Below are positions 10,401 to 17,134 of a stretch of 57,181 nucleotides of DNA, one piece after another (positions within the stretch are counted from its first letter, which is position 1; every line of letters starts with the position of its first letter). Location: positions 21,241 through 78,421 of the forward strand of contig CAZXOC010000002.1 of NCBI GenBank assembly GCA_964642165.1, read 5' to 3'. The DNA is from an uncultured Planctomycetaceae bacterium (GTDB taxonomy: Bacteria; Planctomycetota; Phycisphaerae; SM23-33). The position numbers were made by a program, and so were the translations under genes. The notes under the pieces are model-generated. The model saw only the letters and a list, made by a program, of their open reading frames with translations, searched no databases and was not told where the DNA came from.

Positions 10401-11122
10401 GGCTTCTCGAGGCGGGCGTGGCCGTCTGCCTGGTGGACGTTCGCGGCTGCGGCGAGACGTCGCCGGGTTCGTCGCGGCTGCCGGACGGGCCGTCCGCCGA
10501 CGTCGCATTTCGCCATTGGATGCTGCGCGACGCCCTGCCGCTGCGGCAGCTCAAGGACCTGCGGACGGCTCTGGCGTGGCTCGCGCGGCGCGAGGGCATC
10601 GACGCGCGCCGGCTGGCGGTCTGGGGCGAGGGGCTCAGCACTCCCAACGGCCGGGAGAGCGAGGCGATCCTCTTCGACGAGGTGCCCTTCCGCCAGGCCT
10701 CGCCGATGCCCAAGGAGCCGGCCGAGCCCCTCGGCGGACTGCTGGCCATGCTGGCGGCGCTCTGGCCGATCCAGGCCGATGGCGGGGTGGTCCGCGTGCG
10801 CGTGGTGCTGGTCCGCGGCGGGCTGGTCTCGTTCGCATCCGTGCTCGAGCGGCGGCACCACTACGTCCCCGTCGACGCCGTCGTGCCGGGGCTGCTGCGG
10901 GCCGCCGACGTGCCGATGGTCGCTCAGGCCCTCGCCGATGGCGGCGTGACCCTCGCCGCCGAGGACCTGCGCGACGGGAGCAATCGAGTCGTTTCCGGCG
11001 AGACGGTCCGCCGGGAATGGCGCGCCGCCGCGCCGCCGCGCTACACGGAACACCCGACCGATCGCGGCGTCGCCGACCTCATCGCCGCGCTCCACCGGAA
11101 CCTCGAGGAGGACACGCCATGA
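7421..11122 (+). CDS. Putative lipoprotein: two CBM9-like domains plus two alpha/beta-hydrolase (acetyl xylan esterase-like) domains
   Basis: Lipobox-like LVHG-C; ILLDG...W and EDSVEVFLGP...QVAANPNG (CBM9-like); LIFESRGGLPVPATLYVP, AFDISRAVDYLL, RIALVGGVAGGG; second domain with VCLVDVRGCGET and LKDLRTALAWL. Confidence 0.75.
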   Translation: MIEARTGCGARVLRLLVLLPLLGPLVHGCVREDAAMPKAPTPDADAPPALLRVPACAPARPILLDGTGRDNVWARAAEWPSPRLAPPYACEPTMPSRAAVVRAGRWLLFGLDAHEADGIVARQVAHGVDLWHEDAFVVTLGGSASLEVVANPLGAVCCYRGGKRTMEPIADRAVRAAARVRRDAWRVELAVDLRQVPVADAGTLRCRLSRQRQARGLTPFEETAAPPVALSLGPGEDGPAEVRLDVPAPQRFAGRAALETALANEPPTSAEDWARMPACLLRHESGRGALPADFQPTEVRACAAAGALLLHIRCLERHAATIADAGEALWAEDSVEVFLGPEGFNYLQVAANPNGVLKAATGKTGGRRIRPAEPPKGVTVRAERTTRAWTLRLAIPLPAVAKLVGAPADCLPPAWPWRVQIVRNRPARDALGQGAQCSVLNVTHSGNAHCPARFGALRLVRPTGRRIAAPRPREVELPPPVLDAAARKRRRPHTLVRRWLDARSRKLHAASEEAFAKIHDADGWRAYAGPLRDRLWKSMFPSAAGHLAQARGELNARIVYDLPGEGYRCRGLIFESRGGLPVPATLYVPAGASRRPREKRPALIMIPAHHTGRNSRDLAILGANFARAGGVAVAMESIGSGERGIGAPWAHKNHQRCVAGVQAHLAGDNLAGWTAFDISRAVDYLLLERDDVAASPRRIALVGGVAGGGDVSAVAAALDDRIAVSIPFNFSATGPMDAWYDPLRSTYGAHASGLSAWKVAALAAPRCLAQAQEFAWTPAEQSRHERFERLYGWLGAPGNLAKLHGGPNTHATHFNWMHRIPMYRLLNRWLGMKLPTRREDELTDVVPPGRLDCFDKPLGRKHLRELRRARRLIQPHELAAKTAGQRLAYARRDCRLEARRRGAAPAQVLADRLTRLLGDTTPAPAAPVHTRDLGTWHGAEVRGLWLPTEGDAEGPGAAAWLLLPKARAARPAVIGVCQSGKRRFLARRARDVQRLLEAGVAVCLVDVRGCGETSPGSSRLPDGPSADVAFRHWMLRDALPLRQLKDLRTALAWLARREGIDARRLAVWGEGLSTPNGRESEAILFDEVPFRQASPMPKEPAEPLGGLLAMLAALWPIQADGGVVRVRVVLVRGGLVSFASVLERRHHYVPVDAVVPGLLRAADVPMVAQALADGGVTLAAEDLRDGSNRVVSGETVRREWRAAAPPRYTEHPTDRGVADLIAALHRNLEEDTP

Positions 11123-12864
11123 CAAGCAGGACCCGGGCCGTCGCGCTGGGGGCGTGCATCCTGCTGCCCGCCCTGTCCGCGCCGGGGGCAAGCTACGACG
11201 CGCTGTCGAGCAAGGCCCACCAGGCCGTGAAGCACGCCGCGAAAGCCGGCAAGAAGCTCATCCCGCCCGAGCCGCCGGAGCGACCCTACGAGCCGACGGC
11301 GGCAGACAGGAAGCGCGGGGTGGTGATGTTCGCCCCGCCGATGGCCCAGCCGTTCGCGGACCGCCCCCCGGCCGCCGGCGAGGTCCGAGACACGATCCAG
11401 CTTCGCGCGGCGCGAGGCGAGATGGAGTGCTGCCTCGTGGCCGTCCACGCGCTGAAGGACCAGAAGTCCCTCGACGTCTCGCTGCCCGGGCCGATGCCGT
11501 CCGGCGTGCGGCTGGAAGTCCTGCCCGTGATCCTGGCGCCCATGGCCGAGCGACGGAGCGACACGTACCGCGTGGTGGGCCTGTGGCTGTCGCAGCCGGG
11601 GCGCGTCGACGTGGCCGCCGGGCACTCGCGGGCGTGGCTGGTTCGGGTCCACGTGGCCGCATCCACTCCGCCGGGCTCGTACGTCATCCGCCGCGCGCTG
11701 GTCGGGCGCGACCGGCGCGCCACGGGGGCCGCGCTGACGATCCGCGTTCGCGTGCTGCCGTTCGAGCTGGCGGACCCCTGGCGGCGAAAGTACACGTTCG
11801 GGGCGTTCTGCGGCGGGGCGAACTTCAACGAGAAGCAGTACCGCCAGATGAAGGCCCATGGCATCGAGGCGATCCTGTGGTTCTGGGGGCACTACGGGCT
11901 GGACGTCCGCAACGAGGGCGGCAAGCTGCGGATGGGCTTTGCCGACCTCGACGCGACCGTGGGGCGTTTCCAGAAGGCCGGCCTCCGCGGGCCCATCGTC
12001 CTGGCCCTCGGCAACGACGCCTGCGGGCACTTCGAGCGGGCCGTCTGCCGGGCGTTCGACCTGCCGATGCAGCCGCAGGTCGCCCGACGGCGAAAGGTCG
12101 TCCAGCTCGCCGTCCTGAACGACGCGCGGATCGAGAAGCTCCTGGTCGAGGCCCTGCGGCAGCTCTTCGACCACGCCCGGGCGCGCCGCTGGCCGGAGAT
12201 CGCCATCCTGCCCTACGACGAGCCCACCGAGCGGCTGATGGACGAGCACAAGCGGATGGTCCGGCTGTTCCGCCGGCACTTCCCGAAGGTGCGGCTGTAC
12301 GGCGTGACGATGAACCGCCTGAACTGGGCGAAGATGGTGCTGGACACGGACATCCTGGTGGCCAACGGCGACTTCGCGCGGATCCGGGCGCTGGGCGCGG
12401 AGCACAAGAAGGCCGTCTGGTTCTACGGCGGCGTCGCGACGGCGCAGGGCTATGCCGCGTGCCGATGGCGCTACGGCCTGCGGACCTACGCCTACGCGCC
12501 GGACGGCATGTGGTTCTGGTGCTACAACTTCCACCCCGGCGATCCGTGGAACGACTTCGACAGCCACACGCCGGACTCGGCGTGGGTGATCTGCTGGCCG
12601 CCCGTCACGCCGGGCGAGCCGTCGGTCGGGACGCTGGCGTACGAGGCCCTGCGCGAGGGCGTCGACGACGTCCGCTACGCCATGACGCTGGAGGCGCTGC
12701 TGGCGAAGGCCCGGCCCTCCCCTGCCGCCCAGGCCGTGCGCGCGGCCTACGGGAAGTGGCGCAAGGGCCTCCAGGGCGCCCGGCCGGAACCGGCCCAGAT
12801 CCCCCGCTACCGCGGCCAGCTCATCCAGTGGATTGAGTCAATCCGAAGCACCGGGCAGGAGTAA
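11119..12864 (+). CDS. Secreted GH123-like / DUF4091-domain glycoside hydrolase
   Basis: ATGA overlap with the upstream stop and a GAGGAG RBS; signal peptide; LRAARGE, YDEP and C-terminal YEALREGVDDVRY; 581 aa, the C-terminal part of track ORF 7162..12864. Confidence 0.7.
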   Translation: MTSRTRAVALGACILLPALSAPGASYDALSSKAHQAVKHAAKAGKKLIPPEPPERPYEPTAADRKRGVVMFAPPMAQPFADRPPAAGEVRDTIQLRAARGEMECCLVAVHALKDQKSLDVSLPGPMPSGVRLEVLPVILAPMAERRSDTYRVVGLWLSQPGRVDVAAGHSRAWLVRVHVAASTPPGSYVIRRALVGRDRRATGAALTIRVRVLPFELADPWRRKYTFGAFCGGANFNEKQYRQMKAHGIEAILWFWGHYGLDVRNEGGKLRMGFADLDATVGRFQKAGLRGPIVLALGNDACGHFERAVCRAFDLPMQPQVARRRKVVQLAVLNDARIEKLLVEALRQLFDHARARRWPEIAILPYDEPTERLMDEHKRMVRLFRRHFPKVRLYGVTMNRLNWAKMVLDTDILVANGDFARIRALGAEHKKAVWFYGGVATAQGYAACRWRYGLRTYAYAPDGMWFWCYNFHPGDPWNDFDSHTPDSAWVICWPPVTPGEPSVGTLAYEALREGVDDVRYAMTLEALLAKARPSPAAQAVRAAYGKWRKGLQGARPEPAQIPRYRGQLIQWIESIRSTGQE

Positions 12865-12896
12865 CGCTCCGCCCCGGTATGGAAAGGAGGTGACGA

Positions 12897-13592
12897 ATGA
12901 ACTGCGGCAGCCCCTTCAGGCTCGCGACAACCGTCGCGGCGGCCGGGATCGTCCTGGCAGCCGCCGTGTGCATCTCGGCGGACCGACCCGCGGTGCCCGC
13001 CCCGCTGCCGGCGCCCGTCAAGCGGGGCAAGATGTCGCTCGAGGCCGCCCTGGCCAAGCGGCGGTCCGTCCGGAAGTTCGCGGACCGGCCGCTCAGCCGC
13101 CGGCAGGTCGCCCAGTTGTGCTGGGCCGCTCAGGGCGTCAACGACCCGCAAAAGGGCCTGCGGACGTGCCCCTCGGCCGGGGCGCTGTACCCCCTGGAGC
13201 TGTACGTTGTGACGCGCGACGGCGTCGAGCGGTACGTGCCGGCCCGCCACGCCATGGCGAAGCACCTGGCCGGCGATCTGCGGGGCAAGCTTCAGGCAGC
13301 GGCGCTGAGGCAGTCCGCCGTGGGCGGGGCCCCCGCGACGTTCGTGATCGCGGCGGTCGTCTCGCGGACGAGCCGGAAGTACGGCCGCCGCGCCCAGCGC
13401 TACGTGCTGCTGGAGGCCGGGCACGCCGCGCAGAACCTGCTGCTCCAGGCGACGGCCCTCGGCCTGGGCGGCGTGCCGATCGGCGCCTTCGATGACCAGC
13501 GGGTCCGCCAGGTGCTGTCTCTCCCGGCGGACGCCTCGCCGCAGTACGTGGTTCCCATCGGCGTGCCGGCGGAGGCCGGCAAGGGCCCCTGA
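12897..13592 (+). CDS. SagB/ThcOx-type nitroreductase-fold flavoprotein with N-terminal signal or anchor
   Basis: AAGGAGGTGA RBS; KRRSVRKF, RTCPSAGALYPLELY, EAGHAAQNLLLQATALGLG. Confidence 0.9.
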   Translation: MNCGSPFRLATTVAAAGIVLAAAVCISADRPAVPAPLPAPVKRGKMSLEAALAKRRSVRKFADRPLSRRQVAQLCWAAQGVNDPQKGLRTCPSAGALYPLELYVVTRDGVERYVPARHAMAKHLAGDLRGKLQAAALRQSAVGGAPATFVIAAVVSRTSRKYGRRAQRYVLLEAGHAAQNLLLQATALGLGGVPIGAFDDQRVRQVLSLPADASPQYVVPIGVPAEAGKGP

Positions 13593-13638
13593 GCCGGGAC
13601 GATGCCCGCGCGGCGCCGGCGGCGGGCGGGTCGCGCGC

Positions 13639-16600
13639 TCACTGAGGGGCGCTGCCGGCGGCGAGGGCCGCCGCGTGGATCGCCTCCCGGTGCGCCTGGT
13701 AGAGGGCGTTGTGGGGCTCGAGGCGAAGGGCCTCGGCGATGTGCCGCCGGGCCAGGTCGGGCCGTCCCTTGCGCAGGTAGAGCCCCGCCAGCAGGTCGTG
13801 GGCCTCGGCGCAGTCGTGCCAGGTCCCCAGGCACCGGCACAGGAGCCGCTCGGCGCGGCCCCTTCGCCCCGCGCGGAAGTGGAGGTTGGCCAGCCGCGTG
13901 AGCACCTGCGGCGTGACGGGCGGCTCGTCTCGGGCGAGTTGCTCGTAGATGCCCCCCGCCTCCCGGTCGCGTCCGGCGACGTAGAGCTTCCCGGCCAGGC
14001 GCACGGCCAGCACGGCGCTCTTCGGCATGGCCGTCAGGGCGTTCCGCAGCTCGTGGATCTCGCGGTCCAGTTCGGCCCGGCAGCTTCGCACGTGGGCCTC
14101 CCCGGGATTGGCGGCCAGGGCGCGCGCCAGCTCCCGTTGCCGCCCCGTCGGGTCGCCGACGAGCTGGGCGACCTGGGCCCGGAAGATGTGGGTGGTGGCC
14201 CGGAAGCGCCGGGCCAGCTCGGCGCGATCGCGCGCCTCGTCGGGGAAGCTCGCCACGTTCGGCGCCACGGGCGTGCGGCAGGCGGCCAGCATCGTCAACA
14301 CCCGCGCCAGGGACCGCTCCCGCGGCGCCGGGACGGCGCAACGGAACTCCAGCCGCGGACGATCGTCCGTGTTCACCGGGTCGCCGGCAACCAGCCGTCG
14401 GATGGCGTCCTCGCCGCACATGTAGCAGTCGAGCAGGTCGTACGCGTCGTGGATCTCGATCTCGCGCAGGTCGGCGGCGACCTCCGGGCAGGACACCCCC
14501 GCCGCCACGCGCCCCAGGTCGATCCGAAGCGGCGTCAGGCTGCCCAGGATCAGCGCGTGCTTGTTGAGGCAGTTGCTGGCGACCCACAGCGACGTGTGGG
14601 GGAAGACCTGCTGGAAGCTCCGGAGGACCATCCGCAGCTCGCGGGGGCGGAGGTCCAACGGCACCCAGCAGGAGAACAGCCCGCCGTCGGCGAGGCGCTC
14701 GCGGCAGCTCCGGAAGTGGTCCACGGTGTACAGGGCCGAGCTGCCGCTGGAGCCGGGGTACGTCGAGTCGTTCATGACCAGGTCGAACTTCTCGTCGGCG
14801 AGATGGGCGAAGTTCTTGCCGTCCATGATGATCCGGCGGATGCGGCCGTCGCGCCAGGAACCGCGGTTGACGTGCTCGAGGAAGCGTCCGGCCTCGAAGA
14901 CCGCGGGGCAGATTTCAACGACGGTGTAGTCCTCCACGCCGAAGTCGAGCCCCACGCGGGCGGTCTCGCCCCCGCCGAAGCCGATCTGCACCACCCGGCG
15001 CGGCCGGGCGTGCAGCAGCAGCGGAATGTAGCCCTGGAGCTTCTGCGTGCTTCGCAGCATGAAGTCGCACCCGGCGACGTCGACCCCACAGACGGACAGC
15101 AGCCGCTCGCCGCTGGGCAGGTCGTGGACGGCCACCGTGCCGGTCGGGTGCTCGGCCAGGAAGGCCAGCTTCGCCGGGCGGTAGTGCATGTTGATCGTGT
15201 CGTGGAAGGCGTCGGCGGGGGTGAAGACGAAGGCGGCGAGCGCCGCGCCGGCGGCAGGAAGGGCCCACGCGATCCGCGCGCGCAGCGACCGCCGAGTCGC
15301 GTGCCAGAGCAGCGCCACCCCGACGGCCAGGTTCAGCGACACGACGATCAGCAGGCTGCGCTGTGTCCCGGCGGCCGGAAGCAGCACGAAGCCCGCGGCG
15401 AACGCCCCGGCGACGCAGCCGGTCGTGTTGGCGGCGTAGAGCTGCCCGACCCGCCGCCCGATCGGTGCGGCGCGGTCGAGGCAGCCGGTCGTGACGATCG
15501 GGAAGGCCGCCCCCATCAGCAGCGTCGGCACCAGCAGGACGACGAAGGCGTCGGCGAAGCGCGTCAGGAGGAACTGCCACCGCCCGCTCCAGAGGAGCCG
15601 CCGGGCGAGCGTCAGATCGATGAGGTTCAGCCGCGCCAGCAGCGGCACGGACGCCAGCGCGGCCAGCGCCACGAGGACCTCGATGACGCCGAACCACAAG
15701 ATCGGCCGCCGCAGGCGCGGCACGAGGAACCGCGCCGAGACGAAGCTGCCGATGGCCAGCCCCACGAGGAACGTCGTGAGCATCGTCGCGAAGGAGTACA
15801 CCGACGTGCGGAGCGCGAAGATCAGCACGCGCGTCCAGAGCACCTCGTAGGCCAGCGCGCAGAAGCCGGTGACGGCGAAGGCGGCGAGGATCAGCCGGAA
15901 CGCCCCGGTGGAAAGGGCCCTCGCGGGGGGCGCGGGGGCCTCTTCGGGTCGCCGGGCGGCGGGCGCGGCGCCGGCCGATCGGGTGAGGCAGCCCGCGAGC
16001 ACCGCCAGCAGGCCCACGCCCAGGGCGACGGCGCCCGCGAGGTACAGCGTGCCGCGGACCCCGAGCCTCTCCAGCAGGACGAAGCCCGCCAAGAAGCACC
16101 CGGCCACGGCCCCCAGCGTGTTGGCGGCGTAGAGGTAGCCGACCTCGCGCCCGGGGCGCTCGTGGCGCGCGCCCAGGTGGCGGGCCAGGACCGGAAGCGT
16201 CCCGCCCATCAGGAAGGTCGGCGGCAGTATCATCGCGGCCGACAGGACCAGGCGAACGGCCGTCAGCAGCGCGAAGCCCGGGCCGGCGAGCCGGTAGAAG
16301 CCGCGGTACAGCGCCAGGCTGCCGGCGGCGAGCAGCGGAAGCCCCAGGGCGCAGAGCCCCACGCCGATCTCGAGGCAGCCGTAGAGGGCCAGCGGCCGCC
16401 GGGTGCGGTCGGCCAGCCGCCCCAGCACGGCGCTGCCCAGGGCCAAGCCCAGCAGGAAGACCGTCAGCACGGTGCTGGCCGCATAGACCGTGTTGCCGAA
16501 CACCGTGCCGAGGCAGCGCGTCCAGACCACCTCGAGCACCAGTCCCGTCGCGCCGGAGGCCAGGAAGAACAGGAGCACGAGCGGGCGCAGACGGCGACCG

Positions 16601-16644
16601 CCCGGGCCGGAACCAAGGCCGCCGGCCGCGCGCACGTCCGGCAC
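13639..16644 (-). CDS. Multi-pass membrane protein fused to a spermidine-synthase-like SAM domain and C-terminal TPR repeats
   Basis: FFLASGATGLVLEVVWTR, LYAANTLG (twice), QIGFGGGET, VEICP, MDGKNF, FDLVMNDS...LYTVDHF, TPR-like AHDLLAGLYLRKG. Start uncertain; GTG at 16644 chosen. Confidence 0.85.
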   Translation of the reverse strand: MPDVRAAGGLGSGPGGRRLRPLVLLFFLASGATGLVLEVVWTRCLGTVFGNTVYAASTVLTVFLLGLALGSAVLGRLADRTRRPLALYGCLEIGVGLCALGLPLLAAGSLALYRGFYRLAGPGFALLTAVRLVLSAAMILPPTFLMGGTLPVLARHLGARHERPGREVGYLYAANTLGAVAGCFLAGFVLLERLGVRGTLYLAGAVALGVGLLAVLAGCLTRSAGAAPAARRPEEAPAPPARALSTGAFRLILAAFAVTGFCALAYEVLWTRVLIFALRTSVYSFATMLTTFLVGLAIGSFVSARFLVPRLRRPILWFGVIEVLVALAALASVPLLARLNLIDLTLARRLLWSGRWQFLLTRFADAFVVLLVPTLLMGAAFPIVTTGCLDRAAPIGRRVGQLYAANTTGCVAGAFAAGFVLLPAAGTQRSLLIVVSLNLAVGVALLWHATRRSLRARIAWALPAAGAALAAFVFTPADAFHDTINMHYRPAKLAFLAEHPTGTVAVHDLPSGERLLSVCGVDVAGCDFMLRSTQKLQGYIPLLLHARPRRVVQIGFGGGETARVGLDFGVEDYTVVEICPAVFEAGRFLEHVNRGSWRDGRIRRIIMDGKNFAHLADEKFDLVMNDSTYPGSSGSSALYTVDHFRSCRERLADGGLFSCWVPLDLRPRELRMVLRSFQQVFPHTSLWVASNCLNKHALILGSLTPLRIDLGRVAAGVSCPEVAADLREIEIHDAYDLLDCYMCGEDAIRRLVAGDPVNTDDRPRLEFRCAVPAPRERSLARVLTMLAACRTPVAPNVASFPDEARDRAELARRFRATTHIFRAQVAQLVGDPTGRQRELARALAANPGEAHVRSCRAELDREIHELRNALTAMPKSAVLAVRLAGKLYVAGRDREAGGIYEQLARDEPPVTPQVLTRLANLHFRAGRRGRAERLLCRCLGTWHDCAEAHDLLAGLYLRKGRPDLARRHIAEALRLEPHNALYQAHREAIHAAALAAGSAPQ

Positions 16645-16762
16645 GTGCCCCAACCCGGCCTCGGGGTGCCGTGACGAAATGCCGCTTCGCACGTGGCGTT
16701 CCTCGCTCGCCGAGGCCAGACATCCGCCCGGTCCTGCCGCGCCGTGGCAGAGGCACACTTCA

Positions 16763-16796
16763 CCGGGCGACGGATGCGGACACACCCGCCACCCGG
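16763..16796 (-). other. 14-bp RNA hairpin inside a long intergenic leader
   Basis: Minus strand CCGGGTGGCGGGTG-TGTCCG-CATCCGTCGCCCGG pairs continuously, with G-U pairs. Confidence 0.5.
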
Positions 16797-16826
16797 AGCG
16801 CCTTCGGCGATCCGCTCCAAGAACAG

Positions 16827-16853
16827 GTACGGCTCGGTACGGCCAAGTACGGC
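16827..16853. repeat. Three GTACGGC cores at exact 10-nt period
   Basis: Copies start at 16827, 16837 and 16847. Confidence 0.8.
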
Positions 16854-16962
16854 CAGACATGACCGGGCACCGGACGGTCGCCCAAAGCCCGGCTAGCTAA
16901 CAGCGCCGCCGCACAACCGGCGTCAGTACCAGATGCACTGCCGCGAAGGGCGTGCACCGGTA

Positions 16963-16985
16963 AGACGTGACATCTCAGACGTGAC
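16963..16985. repeat. 9-bp direct repeat AGACGTGAC (two copies)
   Basis: Copies at 16963-16971 and 16977-16985. Confidence 0.75.
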
Positions 16986-17056
16986 CCGGGCCTCTCGACC
17001 CGGAACAGGCCGCCATCGTGGCCCGCGAAGGCCTCAACACAACCTTCACATTGGAT

Positions 17057-17085
17057 AGGGTACGGCCGAAGGGCGTTCCTGTCAA
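17057..17085 (-). promoter_or_regulatory. sigma70-type promoter reading into the 400-nt leader
   Basis: Minus strand TTGACA-N17-TACCCT, with a perfect -35. Confidence 0.6.
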
Positions 17086-17134
17086 GACCGAAGCCGCCGC
17101 GTGAGGGCCTTCCCGACCGGCTCGCCAACGGGTG

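Noticed and set aside
7162-12864. 1900-aa ORF in the track, and other giant ORFs (7259..11191, 13492..16674, 26946..30905, 41447..45058, 41467..46449, 46502..50107)
   Set aside because: They are Arg/Pro/Ala/Gly-rich alternative-frame or antisense shadows of real genes, expected in stop-poor GC-rich DNA. Only the last 581 codons of 7162..12864 form a real gene.
12897-13592. Azole-containing RiPP cluster around the SagB-type gene
   Set aside because: No YcaO or E1-like cyclodehydratase, precursor peptide or transporter adjacent.
16863-16990. CCGGACGGTCGCC (like an RNase P RNA 5' end) and CTGAGA (like a TPP riboswitch)
   Set aside because: No GAGGAAAGTCC or 3' P4 motif for rnpB, and no GAACCTGAT core for TPP; 6S, tmRNA, SAM-I and cobalamin signatures were also not found.
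16760-17128. 122-aa ORF containing CEGC in the long intergenic region
   Set aside because: It spans the predicted promoter, lacks an RBS and has shadow-like composition; not supported as coding.
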